A stretch of DNA of 64,000 nucleotides from Candidatus Poribacteria bacterium (GTDB lineage Bacteria; Poribacteria; WGA-4E; WGA-3G): the NCBI GenBank assembly GCA_965217715.1, contig OZ244563.1:405116-469115 (forward strand), read 5' to 3'. The notes beneath the pieces are model-generated. The model made no database searches and was not told where the DNA came from. It worked only from the letters and a program-made list of their open reading frames with translations. A program made the position numbers and the translations under genes. Below, piece after piece: positions 10,261 through 20,521 of the stretch. Position 1 is the first letter of the stretch; every line of letters begins with the position of its first letter.

Positions 10261-10490
10261 CCCTACGGGACTAAAAATGCACTTTTGAATGATCTTGGTT
10301 CTTAATAGTATCAATGTCCTTTGGGAATTCACTATGAACAAGCACTTAAACAAAGTCTAAAACTGTCCAAACTTTAGTATAGTCTTATAAGAACGGGAGT
10401 TTTATTCAGAACGTTGAGATACACTCTTATGAAATTCTTAGGTGATGGCACGAGGAAGATATCTCCTCGCACCCATCCTACTCATGATCC

Positions 10491-11612
10491 TCAACAACCC
10501 TCTTCCATTAAAAGGGCATTAATTTTTTCAAGAACACATCCTTTGAAAAGGCATAGTTTCTCATCAGCACTTTTTTCGCAATGTACAAAATGTATTTCAA
10601 GATAGAACTTCCACAACAAAAGTGTTGTGTCCCGGCTGATATTAACTTCTTCAGATTGGAATTCTGGAGTATTTTCCGCTATAACCTCATAGAACACACG
10701 AATGAGTTCATTTTCGAATGTGCGGGGGTGTCCAGTATAGTACTTCACGATCCTATCGAATTTTGCCTCAAGTCCTGACTGTGGCGTAAAACCTTCTGAG
10801 ACGCTATAGAGAGCACTATCAAATCCGTTTTGCATGTTTTCATGCAACCAAGAAGACATATCAGTCTCTACATTTGTTGACTTTACAACGTTTATTGGCA
10901 ACACACATCTGAAACCGACAGTGCCTATACCATCATCAGCGGGATGTTGGCTTTTCCTTGAAATCTTAAGTTCTTCTGCTGTATTAAACCAAGAACCGCC
11001 GCGCGTTCTATGATATCTTCCATGGATATCGTCAACATCTAACCGATCCAGACACCATTCTGATACGTTCCCTGCCATGTCATATAAACCATATTCGTTG
11101 GGAGGATAACTACCCACGTCTTTTGTCGGAGGTCGGCTGAAACTGACCTTTGGTGTGTAGCGATCAAAGTTTGCTTTACTGGAAGGTGCTGTATCTCCCC
11201 AAGGGTATTTTTTTCCAGTCATAGTGCCACGCGCTGCTTTTTCCCACTGTGCTTGTGTGGGGAGTTCTTTGCCGATCCATTCTGCGTAGGCTTTGGCTGC
11301 AAACCAACTGATGCCCACTATAGGATGGTTAGCTCTTCCCTTTGGGTACATATTACCTTTCCAACCCCATAAATATGTATCACCTACAATTGAAGTTAAA
11401 GCTGTGTCTTTCTGCCACAGCGGATTGACATCAATAAACTTTTTATATTGTGCGTTAGTGACTTCGTATTTGTCCATATAGAATGACGCAACCCCTTCTC
11501 CTTTAGGGATCAACACCATATTTTCTGGCGGATTTGCTTTGCAAGGGTAAATACCAATTAATACCAATATGCAAATGGTTAGCGCGTTGTATATTCTGTT
11601 TCGGTTTTTCAT
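10491..11612 (-). CDS. formylglycine-generating enzyme (FGE/SUMF1) family protein with extra C-terminal domain
   Basis: Signal peptide, then 'FYMDKYEVTNAQYKKF', 'HPIVGISWFAAKAYAEWIGKELPTQAQWEKAARG...KYPWGD' and 'YGLYDMAGNVSEWCLD', all FGE-sulfatase hallmarks. About 100 aa follow that are unrelated. Confidence 0.8.
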   Translation of the reverse strand: MKNRNRIYNALTICILVLIGIYPCKANPPENMVLIPKGEGVASFYMDKYEVTNAQYKKFIDVNPLWQKDTALTSIVGDTYLWGWKGNMYPKGRANHPIVGISWFAAKAYAEWIGKELPTQAQWEKAARGTMTGKKYPWGDTAPSSKANFDRYTPKVSFSRPPTKDVGSYPPNEYGLYDMAGNVSEWCLDRLDVDDIHGRYHRTRGGSWFNTAEELKISRKSQHPADDGIGTVGFRCVLPINVVKSTNVETDMSSWLHENMQNGFDSALYSVSEGFTPQSGLEAKFDRIVKYYTGHPRTFENELIRVFYEVIAENTPEFQSEEVNISRDTTLLLWKFYLEIHFVHCEKSADEKLCLFKGCVLEKINALLMEEGC

Positions 11613-11740
11613 TTTGAAATCTCCATATTTGCCGCTACCATGCTATTTTCAGCATGTGCTGCGATTTGGCTAACTTACGTTCACTGTTTATTTTTTATAG
11701 TAAAATCTAAAAATACCTTTACATTTTCTTAAGGTTAGCG

Positions 11741-11775
11741 GCGTTTGTAGTCGCGCAATTCATTGCGCCTCTTAC
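11741..11775 (+). repeat. family-2 hairpin repeat (GCGTTTGTAGTCGCGCAATTCATTGCGCCTCTTAC)
   Basis: Near-identical to 1585..1620 and 63583..63617. The upstream 'aaatctaaaaataccttta' is also shared with 63548 and 32925. Confidence 0.75.
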
Positions 11776-12273
11776 ATTTTTAGTATGTTTGAAATCCACA
11801 TAAGAACAGAATGTAAATATAATTATGGATTTCACTATAAACAGTGAAAATTAGCCACATGTGTATTTGTTGTGTTTATTTTTCTAATGCTGATATTTTA
11901 ACTTCGGTAATTTACACTCAAATCTATTCATAGCGACACGTTTCGTTAGGACGTTGATGATTTTTTTAAACATATTCAGACAAATTTAGTAGATTACCTT
12001 ACATTATTTGTAAGCAACTATCAACATATTGCAAACGATGTGCAATTATTGTGCCAATTGTGTTCACTTATGGAAGAAAATGGCTCATTATACGTTGAAA
12101 CATTGGGTTTTTAAGGGAAAATATATATTACTTCATATTTTTTGATTGAAGCCGCCAAAAATTACGAGTTTGGGACTGTTTCTCCACTAAATTTAATTTG
12201 GTTTTCATTCTTATATGTGGTATCATTTAAAGAGAAAACATTACTATTCACGAGTCACTATAGGAGGTTTTTA

Positions 12274-12738
12274 ATGGCAGAAATAGGAAAAGCTGCTCCA
12301 GATTTTAGTTTATCAGGGTCTACAGGTCAGGAAGATACAGATGTTAAATTGGCTGATTTTGAAGGGAAAAAGTTGGTAATTCTTTTTTACCCACTTGATT
12401 TTTCACCTGTATGTTCAGAACAAGTTCCGGATTTTAATGAAAACTTAGACACTATTCGCGCTAAAGGTGCGGATGTAATTGCTATCAATCGCGACTCAAC
12501 GTTTGCACACAAAGCTTGGAGTGAAGCACTCGGTGGCATCGGTTTTCCACTCCTCTCAGACATGAACCTTGAAGTCTCAAAACAATATGGCATGGCGCTT
12601 GAAGAAGTTGGTATAACGACCCGCGGTGTTTTTATCGTTGACGAGACAGGTAAAATTACCTTCAAACACGTTGAAGATGCACCACCGGATAATACACTGA
12701 GCGCAGAACAAGTCCTAAACGAACTTGACAAACGATGA
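12274..12738 (+). CDS. peroxiredoxin (AhpC/TSA family)
   Basis: 'KLVILFYPLDFSPVCSEQ' carries the peroxidatic Cys motif on a thioredoxin fold. Start taken at the ATG after an AGGAGG RBS at 12263, not the ORF-track 12142. Confidence 0.85.
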   Translation: MAEIGKAAPDFSLSGSTGQEDTDVKLADFEGKKLVILFYPLDFSPVCSEQVPDFNENLDTIRAKGADVIAINRDSTFAHKAWSEALGGIGFPLLSDMNLEVSKQYGMALEEVGITTRGVFIVDETGKITFKHVEDAPPDNTLSAEQVLNELDKR

Positions 12739-12763
12739 GCAACAATTCTGCATCTAACAACTA

Positions 12764-12794
12764 CGAAGGCGGGTAAATAGGGTGCCCGTCTTCG
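12764..12794 (+). terminator. possible intrinsic terminator after the peroxiredoxin gene
   Basis: CGAAGGCGGG-N11-CCCGTCTTCG imperfect hairpin followed by TT. The T-tract is weak. Confidence 0.35.
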
Positions 12795-12835
12795 TTATCA
12801 TATAGTAGAATATAAAAATAAGTTTACACATCTTT

Positions 12836-12895
12836 TGTAGGAGCGATCTCCGAATCGCGACCTTTTGTGAATGTCGGGAATCGGAGTTCCCTCCC
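12836..12895. repeat. family-1 nested-palindrome element (arm GCGAT type, spacer, arm GGGAA type)
   Basis: TGTAGGAGCGATCTCCGAATCGCGAC-cttttgtgaat-GTCGGGAATCGGAGTTCCCTCC. Each arm folds as a 5-bp stem (GCGAT/ATCGC or GGGAA/TTCCC) around CTCCGA. The upstream 'ataagtttacac' is shared with copy 22949. Confidence 0.85.
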
Positions 12896-12965
12896 GCTGA
12901 ATGCCAAAAGCGCATTTGGCGTTGATTTGGCCAAATGCCAAAAGTGCATTTGGCGTTGATTCACA
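12896..12965. repeat. tandem 35-bp hairpin modules (AATGCCAAAAGCGCATTTGGCGTTGATTTGGC, 2 units) abutting the family-1 element
   Basis: Each unit carries an AATGC-N6-GCATT stem. The same modules occur at 59032..59122 and 63751..63850, with compensatory stem variants (CATGC..GCATG, GAATGC..GCATTC). Confidence 0.8.
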
Positions 12966-13154
12966 GTTCGAAAGTGTGAAAGTAATGCTAAAATCTACTA
13001 TAACATGTTTGTGTCGTCCCTTAAAAAAGTGCCTTAGAAAACATAAATTCTGAGGGGATCGGACACATCGCTAAACATAAATTGTTTGAAGTGGACAATT
13101 TTGTTTCTGTATCTTGACAATCCCTATTAGATATGGTATAATTGTCTAAAGGGC

Positions 13155-13226
13155 GCGGGTGTAGCTCAGCGGTAGAGCATCAGCTTCCCAAGCTGAGGGT
13201 CGCGGGTTCAATTCCCGTCACCCGCT
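13155..13226 (+). tRNA. tRNA-Gly (anticodon CCC)
   Basis: Cloverleaf with acceptor GCGGGTG/CACCCGC, D-arm GCTC-AGCGGTA-GAGC, anticodon arm TCAGC-TTCCCAA-GCTGA and T-arm GCGGG-TTCAATT-CCCGT. CCA is not encoded. Confidence 0.85.
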
Positions 13227-13254
13227 TGTATGTGAACAAATTACCGAGGAAATC

Positions 13255-14400
13255 ATGGCGAAAAATACTCGATTGACCAAAGAAGAAATCCAAGAAGATA
13301 AATTTATTGACTTGGTTCTGAACTGTTATTCTTTTCTGAAGAATAATATTTTGCCTATCAGTATCACGCTTGCAGTTATCATTGTTGGGGTAGTAGGTTA
13401 TTTAGTCTACACCCAAAATCTGGAAAAAAAATATGCTGAAGCTGCTGCGAACTTTTCTAATGCTACCGATACTTATAAAGCAGCTGAAGAAAGTTATTTA
13501 GATGTGTCTGCACCGAACGAAAGTGAAGAGGACGCTGAAGGTGAAGCAGAGGCTGAAAAAGTCACCTTTGAAAATGCTGAGGAAAAATTACAGATAATTT
13601 TTGAGAAATATCCAAATACACCCTTGGCAGACAAAGCACGGTACAATTACGCCAAAAGTCTTTACTATCAAGGCAAATATCCGGAAGCGCGCGAACAATT
13701 TGAGAAGATCGTTGAAACACATAAACCTGAAAATCAGATTTACGCATTGTACGCACAAAAGGCAGTAGGCAACTGCTTTGAACAAGAGGAAGACTACGCA
13801 AACGCGATTTCAGCTTATGAGGTAATAGCTTTTCCAAACACACCCCAACTTGCGCCTGAAATTCGTCAGTTTGTTCTAACGAGTGCAAAATATAATCAAG
13901 CACTTTGTCATGAAAAATTGAATGCATTAGAGGATGCAAAGGTATCTTATCAGGAAATTATTGAGGAATTCCAGAGAACACTAAAGGCAGGTATTGAGCA
14001 GAAAAGTATTGAACTGATTAAAGAGGCAAAAGAAGTGCTTACGGTGATTGAAGAACCTTTGGAAATCACAAAAGCAGAACATAAGGAAATGGAAGTACTT
14101 TATTTTGAATCGCTTGTCGCATATACTGACACAATTCGAGCATATAAGGTTGAAAAAGATACTGGCGGTGGGTTGTTGTCGGATGTGCGAAAACGCATAC
14201 GGAACTTTGAGGAAGTCGCAACTACATTCATTAGTGGTGTCGAATCGGCACGTAAATCTGAAAAATCTGGATATCAAAGTGCTGCACTAAATACCTATAA
14301 ACGAACTGTGGAATTCGATGCCTACGGCTTAAATTCTGAACTGTATGAACGTGCCCTCCTCAATTATCAACGTCTCACGATTGCAGGAAAAGAGGAGTAA
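13255..14400 (+). CDS. membrane-anchored TPR-like protein (YbgF/CpoB-like architecture; function unknown)
   Basis: Single N-terminal TM segment (ISITLAVIIVGVVGYLVY), an acidic linker, then TPR-like helical repeats (ARYNYAKSLYYQGKYPEAREQFEKI.., ALYAQKAVGNCFEQEEDYANAISAYE..). Confidence 0.5.
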   Translation: MAKNTRLTKEEIQEDKFIDLVLNCYSFLKNNILPISITLAVIIVGVVGYLVYTQNLEKKYAEAAANFSNATDTYKAAEESYLDVSAPNESEEDAEGEAEAEKVTFENAEEKLQIIFEKYPNTPLADKARYNYAKSLYYQGKYPEAREQFEKIVETHKPENQIYALYAQKAVGNCFEQEEDYANAISAYEVIAFPNTPQLAPEIRQFVLTSAKYNQALCHEKLNALEDAKVSYQEIIEEFQRTLKAGIEQKSIELIKEAKEVLTVIEEPLEITKAEHKEMEVLYFESLVAYTDTIRAYKVEKDTGGGLLSDVRKRIRNFEEVATTFISGVESARKSEKSGYQSAALNTYKRTVEFDAYGLNSELYERALLNYQRLTIAGKEE

Positions 14401-14443
14401 AATGAAAGATAGAAAACGTCATTTGCTTGTTTGGACAATTGAA

Positions 14444-15418
14444 ATGGGAAAACGGTTAAGTTTTGGACTAATTTTAGTGTCTTTGTGTCTTCCCCTTATC
14501 GTAGATGCAGCACCCTCGGGGCGTATTGCTTATGCTGTTTCAGGGTTTAATGACAAACTTGGAAGATTAGATTTCAATCTTCACATGACGACCTTCACCG
14601 AAAATGGTGACTTCAAGACAACCCCTTTAAATCAATCTGGAATGTATCCAGCATGGGGACCAAAAGGTGACACGCTCTATTTTATCCAACGTGCCAACAC
14701 ACAATCACATATCTTTTCAATTAATATCAATAACCCAAAAAATAAAACACTACTGACGCAAATTAGCGGTACTTACCGATTTTTAGCTGTTTCACCGAAT
14801 GGAAAGAAACTCGCTTTTAACGGATGGACAAATGAACAACAGCAACAAGAAAATCAGGTATGGGTACTTGATATTGAGACAGGTGAAATGGAGGCAGTGA
14901 CTGCAATACCGCATTTTGGAAGAACCTTCTTTTTCTGGGGAATCTCTTGGGCACCGAACAGTAAACAACTTGCGTTTTCACTTGAAAGACCCGGTGGATT
15001 AGAACAACTCTACTTGTTAGACCTTGAAACAAAAGAAATAGAAATATTAACTGAATTAAATATTGATTTCTATCCTGTGTGGTCACCTGATGGTCAGAAT
15101 ATTTTGTTCCGTAGATGGAACAGAGAATTTGACACAATGTCTACAATTGATGTTGAAACGCGGGCTGTAAAACCGCTCTTTGATGTTGATAAGCAGACCG
15201 GCATGTGGACAGATTGGTCATTTGATGGTCAATCAATTATCTATTCTCGGTGGGGAGCGTTCTTTTTACACGATCTCCTAACCAGAAAAACAGAACAATT
15301 GTTTGAAGTGGAGGGCAGCATTTTTGTAATTTCCTGGTGGAAACATGAAGTGCTTCCCGTTGTACCTAAACAAAAATTAACTACAACTTGGGGGGATGTC
15401 AAACGTACTTTGAGATAA
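14444..15418 (+). CDS. PD40/TolB-like beta-propeller repeat protein, secreted
   Basis: Signal peptide MGKRLSFGLILVSLCLPLIVDA, then PD40 blades 'PAWGPKGDTLYF', 'AVSPNGKKLAFNG', 'ISWAPNSKQLAFS', 'PVWSPDGQNILF' and 'WSFDGQSIIYS'. Start chosen at the signal-peptide Met; the ORF track extends upstream into the neighbouring gene. Confidence 0.75.
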   Translation: MGKRLSFGLILVSLCLPLIVDAAPSGRIAYAVSGFNDKLGRLDFNLHMTTFTENGDFKTTPLNQSGMYPAWGPKGDTLYFIQRANTQSHIFSININNPKNKTLLTQISGTYRFLAVSPNGKKLAFNGWTNEQQQQENQVWVLDIETGEMEAVTAIPHFGRTFFFWGISWAPNSKQLAFSLERPGGLEQLYLLDLETKEIEILTELNIDFYPVWSPDGQNILFRRWNREFDTMSTIDVETRAVKPLFDVDKQTGMWTDWSFDGQSIIYSRWGAFFLHDLLTRKTEQLFEVEGSIFVISWWKHEVLPVVPKQKLTTTWGDVKRTLR

Positions 15419-15602
15419 CATATTTGTGCGGTACTTCTGAAGCCGTAGGATCTTTATATTCTCCTTTCTATTCTTAATTCCATCTCATATTCATTTGACA
15501 GAACTCCTGATATATTGAAGCAGGGTTTGCAAGCCTCGCAGCTTCACTTATGAGATAACTTTTATTTAGACGTATCATAGCAAGAGAAAGAGGGTTAGAG
15601 CA

Positions 15603-18041
15603 ATGTTGCCCAACGTGGAAACAGCCTTAGAATTTGATAAACTCAAAAAGCTGTTAAAAAGATATACGGCTTCTGAGTTAGGAAATGCGCGGATAGATAA
15701 ACTTGCTCCCTCTGATTCACTGGACACAGTACATAATTTATTGAAATTGTGTACCGAAGCGAAAACCTATCAGCAGCAGTCTGGTGAAATACCTTTGAAT
15801 GGATTAACAGATATTGGTCAGACGCTTCGACACGCCGCAATTACCGGGACTATCTTAGAACCGGAGGCGTTCTTAAATCTTGCAAAGGTAGCACAAATCC
15901 CATCCACAATAAAAAAGAAATTTAATAATCAGGACCGTGAAAACTTTCCACGACTATCATATATTGTAGATTCACTGCCTGTTTTTGACGAAATCGTTGA
16001 AGTTATTTCATATTGTATTAGCCCTGAAGGAACTATTTTAGACCAGGCGAGTTCTGAGTTACGTGCAATCCGACGTAAACTTATCAAATTCCGTGAAAAC
16101 ATACATCAAAAATTAGAAGCGATCCTCCGTTCCCCTGACCATCAAAAATCAATTCAGGAATCGGTCATTACCTTTAGAAATAATCGTTATGTAATACCTA
16201 TCAAACAGGATGCCAAATCTTTTTTTAGCGGCGTTGTTCAAGGTCAATCTACCAGTGGTGCGACCTATTTTATGGAACCGTTGTCAATAGTTGAAATGAA
16301 CAACGCTCTTCATGAGGCAGTTGAAGCTGAAAAAAGGGAGATGCGTAAGATTCTGTTAGAGTTAACAGACCGAGTACGAGAACGGATAGATGATTTTGAA
16401 TCTGCGCTTAATCTACTCGCTGAACTTGACTTCCTAAATGCCAAAGCCCGATTTAGCCATGAATTAAATGCCGTTGAACCAAAATTGAATACGAACGGTG
16501 TTGTCAACATGTCTGAAGCGCGACATCCTCTCTTGGAATTCCAAGTCCGAGCGAATTCTCAATCCCAAAAACAAAAAACATCAAAACCTGACAAACCAAA
16601 ACATAGACAACCTACACATGTTGTTCCTACAGATATACGCGTTGGCAAAAGTTTCAAGACGCTTGTGATCACTGGACCGAATACTGGCGGAAAAACTGTT
16701 GTGCTTAAAACGTTAGGACTATTGTGTTTGATGGCACAATCTGGGTTACATATTCCGGCAGCAAATGGTAGCAAACTCCCGATTTTTAACCACATTTTTG
16801 CCGATATTGGTGACGATCAAAACATAGAACAGAGTCTCAGCACCTTTTCCTCACATATCACGAAAATTGCTGAAATGCTGAACGCAATTGAGGACTCTGA
16901 ATCCGCACATTTTCTTGTCTTATTGGACGAGATCGGTGCGGGCACCGACCCGACTGAAGGAACGGCACTCGGTATGGCAATCTTGGCTTGGTTGAGTGAA
17001 CGAAATGCCAGTACGATCGTTACTACCCATTATGGTGCGCTTAAGGCTTATACCCATACACAAAAAAACATGGAAAACGCTTCAATGGAATTTGATTGGA
17101 GCACATTGAAACCGACTTATCGTTTGAAGATAGGTGTTCCTGGAAGTAGTAATGCACTAAAAATCGCACAACAATTGGGACTTCCTTCCTGTATACTTGC
17201 TGAGGCAGAAAGCAATTTGGGAAATAATAACATCGCTGTGGAAGACCTACTCATCCAACTACAACAAACACAACAGGAATTGGATACTGAACGTAAACAA
17301 CTGCATGAAAAGATCCACCACGCTGAAACAGAATATCAGAAACATAAAACACTTATTGAAACATTTGACACAGAACAACAAACACGCCTACAAGAAGCTG
17401 AAAAAGAAGCACTGGAAATCATATCTACAGCTCGTCGAACGGTAGACAACATAGTTGCAGACATCCGTCGTGAACAAGCCTCCAAAGCCAGTATCCACGA
17501 AGCATTCTCAAAAATTGAAATTGCCAAAAAACAACTTAAACCTGACCCACCCGAAAAACTACCTAAGAAGAAAAAACTCACAGTCAATGTTGGCGACAAA
17601 GTTCGAATTATACAGTTAAATCGATTCGGAGAGGTTACCGCAATTGACAAACATGGCAGTATGCCTTTACAGATTCGGGTTGGGAGTATGCAGATGCAGC
17701 TTTCTTATAACGATATTAACAATGTTGTGCCAAAAAAAGAGTCGCAACATCTCACTCCATCCGTGCTGGACATGCAATATAGCAAGGCAAATTCAGTTAA
17801 AGAAGAACTCTGTATTCACGGGATGCTTGTTAGTGAAGGGTTAGACGTTACCGATAAATATCTGGATGATGCATACCTTGCCGGATTATTAAGCGTGAGA
17901 ATTCTACACGGAAAAGGGACTGGTGCGCTACGAAGTGCGGTTCACGAAACATTAGATGCAAACCCGCACGTCGCTAATTATCAATACGCTCCACAGAGTG
18001 AAGGTGGAGAGGGTGTTACTGTCGTTAAATTCAAAGAATAA
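15603..18041 (+). CDS. mutS2: endonuclease MutS2 (MutS-family ATPase with C-terminal Smr domain)
   Basis: Walker A 'TGPNTGGKTVVLKTLG', the MutS 'STFSSH' motif, a long coiled-coil, and a C-terminal Smr domain 'LHGKGTGALRSAVHETL'. Confidence 0.9.
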   Translation: MLPNVETALEFDKLKKLLKRYTASELGNARIDKLAPSDSLDTVHNLLKLCTEAKTYQQQSGEIPLNGLTDIGQTLRHAAITGTILEPEAFLNLAKVAQIPSTIKKKFNNQDRENFPRLSYIVDSLPVFDEIVEVISYCISPEGTILDQASSELRAIRRKLIKFRENIHQKLEAILRSPDHQKSIQESVITFRNNRYVIPIKQDAKSFFSGVVQGQSTSGATYFMEPLSIVEMNNALHEAVEAEKREMRKILLELTDRVRERIDDFESALNLLAELDFLNAKARFSHELNAVEPKLNTNGVVNMSEARHPLLEFQVRANSQSQKQKTSKPDKPKHRQPTHVVPTDIRVGKSFKTLVITGPNTGGKTVVLKTLGLLCLMAQSGLHIPAANGSKLPIFNHIFADIGDDQNIEQSLSTFSSHITKIAEMLNAIEDSESAHFLVLLDEIGAGTDPTEGTALGMAILAWLSERNASTIVTTHYGALKAYTHTQKNMENASMEFDWSTLKPTYRLKIGVPGSSNALKIAQQLGLPSCILAEAESNLGNNNIAVEDLLIQLQQTQQELDTERKQLHEKIHHAETEYQKHKTLIETFDTEQQTRLQEAEKEALEIISTARRTVDNIVADIRREQASKASIHEAFSKIEIAKKQLKPDPPEKLPKKKKLTVNVGDKVRIIQLNRFGEVTAIDKHGSMPLQIRVGSMQMQLSYNDINNVVPKKESQHLTPSVLDMQYSKANSVKEELCIHGMLVSEGLDVTDKYLDDAYLAGLLSVRILHGKGTGALRSAVHETLDANPHVANYQYAPQSEGGEGVTVVKFKE

Positions 18042-18094
18042 CTTGATAGTCTTTCTACTGAAAATAGTCTACATGTTGGTTTAGAGGTCATCTC

Positions 18095-19963
18095 ATGGCA
18101 ACAAAAAACTATATACCACCCGAAACTATTGAGGAAATTCGGACACAGAATAATATCGTAGACGTGATTTCTGAATCTGGTGTTGCACTCAAACAAGCTG
18201 GGAGGAATTACCAGGCACTCTGTCCATTTCACGAAGAAAAGACACCTTCTTTTTCTGTGTCACCCGAAAAACAGATATTCTACTGTTTTGGATGCCAAAC
18301 AGGTGGTAATGTCATTCATTTCCTGCAAAAACATGAAGGGAAAACTTTTATTGAGGCTATTGAATGGCTGGCAGAACGGGCGAATATTGCGTTGCCGACG
18401 CGAGATGCAAAATCCAGCGCCCGACAAAAACTGATCAATGATTTGAGTGAACTTAACAGGTTCGCTGTGAAATATTACCACGAATTACTTCGCACTGGAC
18501 AACATAGTCAGCATGCACGGGAATATCTCAAAAACCGCGGTATCCTCTCACAAACCAATCAAATGTTCCAACTCGGTTACGCAAAACAACAGAGGCGGGA
18601 TTTGGTAAAAGCAGCGACACATGAAGGTTGGACTGTGCAGCAATTGGTTGATGCAGGATTGATAAAGAACGAAGAAAAGGGTCCTCAAGACCGTTTTTGG
18701 AATCGGATACTATTTCCGATTCACAATGCCCAAGGTGTACCAGTAGGATTTGGAGGACGTGCGTTATCTGATGAACATCAACCGAAATATCTAAACTCAC
18801 CCACAACGGTTCTATACGACAAAAGCAGAATCCTATTCAATCTTGACAAGGCAAGACAATCAATATCAAGAAAACAGTCTGCCATTCTCGTAGAAGGGTA
18901 TATGGATGTGCTGATGCTATATCAACACGGGATTGAAAACGTAATAGCCTCGTCAGGAACATCTTTAACCGATGAACATGCAGCGTTATTGAAACGGTAT
19001 ACGCCAGAAGTTGTCATTGTGTTTGATGGTGATGCTTCAGGGTTACAAGCAGCGCAGCGTGGGTTGCATAGGCTCATCGGTGAAGAGATTCGTGTGCGTA
19101 TTGCCCTCATGCCGAAAGGTGATGATCCAGATTCATTTGTCAAGCAAAACGGCGCGGATGCTTTCAGTGAACTAATCGATAAAGCGATTAACCTAATTGA
19201 GTTCCAAATTCAATCCGCAATCCAAGAAAAAAATATCCGACGTCCTGATGTAAAAACCCAAGTTGTCAAAGACATCAGCGCAATCCTTGTGAATATCAAA
19301 AACCGAGTTGAACGAACAGAATACGTAAAATACGCAGTAAAGGAACTTGAAATTGATGAAGGATTACTTTGGCGGGAATTGCGAGATTTAGGGTTGAAAG
19401 AAAACACAACGCATCGCAACGCACCCAGCCAAAAGACAACTTCAAAAAAGTTGTCACCACGCGAACAAATTGAATGGCAACTCGTCCAAGTTTTAATCCA
19501 AGTTCCTGAACTTATTCCCGAAGTTAAAACCCTACTACACTACCAAGAAATAACAAATCCTCGTCTCGAAAATATTGTTCAGCTGCTTTGGGATGCCTGT
19601 GAGAATGAAGAAAACATCGATATACAACACATCCTTAACACCTGTGAGGACGAAACTCTTAAAAGCATTATTACCAACGCACTTATAAGCAAAAAGAGCA
19701 TACCTAATCCCCATGCCAGAATTGAGGGGTGTCTCAGGAAACTGAAAAGTTTCATATTACAAGAAGTTGAACAACGTATCCGATCAAATGCCCTTGCAGA
19801 TGGGGACGATAATCTTGAAACACTTAAAGAACTGGTAGAGTTATCAAACCAAAGGCGTGCCTTCGTACAAAAAGACCTTCTTGAAAAGACAGGAAATTCT
19901 CCACAGTCTGACGAAGAAACGGATAACCCTCAAATTACTGATAATATTGAGAAGGAGAACTAA
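18095..19963 (+). CDS. dnaG: DNA primase
   Basis: Zinc-finger 'CPFHEEKTPSFSVSPEKQIFYCFGCQTGGNVIHFL', an RNA-polymerase core, and TOPRIM 'ILVEGYMDVLMLYQHGIENVIASSGTSLT...VVIVFDGDASG'. Confidence 0.95.
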   Translation: MATKNYIPPETIEEIRTQNNIVDVISESGVALKQAGRNYQALCPFHEEKTPSFSVSPEKQIFYCFGCQTGGNVIHFLQKHEGKTFIEAIEWLAERANIALPTRDAKSSARQKLINDLSELNRFAVKYYHELLRTGQHSQHAREYLKNRGILSQTNQMFQLGYAKQQRRDLVKAATHEGWTVQQLVDAGLIKNEEKGPQDRFWNRILFPIHNAQGVPVGFGGRALSDEHQPKYLNSPTTVLYDKSRILFNLDKARQSISRKQSAILVEGYMDVLMLYQHGIENVIASSGTSLTDEHAALLKRYTPEVVIVFDGDASGLQAAQRGLHRLIGEEIRVRIALMPKGDDPDSFVKQNGADAFSELIDKAINLIEFQIQSAIQEKNIRRPDVKTQVVKDISAILVNIKNRVERTEYVKYAVKELEIDEGLLWRELRDLGLKENTTHRNAPSQKTTSKKLSPREQIEWQLVQVLIQVPELIPEVKTLLHYQEITNPRLENIVQLLWDACENEENIDIQHILNTCEDETLKSIITNALISKKSIPNPHARIEGCLRKLKSFILQEVEQRIRSNALADGDDNLETLKELVELSNQRRAFVQKDLLEKTGNSPQSDEETDNPQITDNIEKEN

Positions 19964-20521
19964 ATGGCGAATTTAGAAAATGCACACTCACTCGATTTTC
20001 AGTTTAAAGAAGTTGAACAAAATATCAATGAACGCGAACAGGAAATTTCGCGCCTCGTGAAGCAACACAATATCCCCGCAGAATGGTTTGATAGAGAATT
20101 CAACGCTGAAACCCATAATTTTGAAACAGACGCTGTTAAGGAAGCGTATCTTAAAATTGCTCGTTATCAGCACGAAATTAAACAATACATTAATACTTTC
20201 TGCATTTCTCGCGAGAAGTTACAAGATATTACGAAACAGATTGATTCCGGCATAATTAATAATGCCCAAGATGCCAAAATGGCGATTGTAAAAGCAAATC
20301 TGAGGCTGGTCGTTAGCATCGTTAAGAAATATGGGCAAGAAGCTCAAGGTCGTGAATTTTTCGATCTGATTCAAGAAGCCAACATCGGTTTAATGAAAGC
20401 TATTGATAACTATGATTATCAAGGCGGTTTTCAGTTTAACACTTACGTTACTTGGTGGGTACGTCAAAGTATTTCCCGTGCTATTGCTTCAGCAGAAGGA
20501 AACGATGATCTTGATACTTAA
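19964..20521 (+). CDS. truncated sigma-70 paralog covering regions 1.2 to 2.4 only (no region 1.1, 3 or 4)
   Basis: The 185-aa product aligns at about 65% identity to RpoD residues ~180-345 of the gene downstream (KEVE-NI--REQEI-RL--QHN-P-EWF...[22 protein letters not shown]...DLIQE-NIGLM-A-D--DYQ-GF-F-TY-TWW-RQSI-RAIA). It ends 'SAEGNDDLDT*' at the point where RpoD continues '[12 protein letters not shown]'. Its ATG overlaps the dnaG stop (TAAATG) and a GAAGGAGAA RBS precedes it. Confidence 0.7.
   Translation: MANLENAHSLDFQFKEVEQNINEREQEISRLVKQHNIPAEWFDREFNAETHNFETDAVKEAYLKIARYQHEIKQYINTFCISREKLQDITKQIDSGIINNAQDAKMAIVKANLRLVVSIVKKYGQEAQGREFFDLIQEANIGLMKAIDNYDYQGGFQFNTYVTWWVRQSISRAIASAEGNDDLDT

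Noticed and set aside
12142-12273. N-terminal 44-codon extension of the peroxiredoxin ORF
   Set aside because: An AGGAGG RBS sits immediately before the internal ATG at 12274, and the extension is not peroxiredoxin-like.
12836-12965. Possible CRISPR array (palindromic repeats of about 30 bp)
   Set aside because: The repeats are not regularly interspaced with unique spacers. The tandem modules are contiguous, and the family-1 copies are scattered singly across the window. No cas genes are present.
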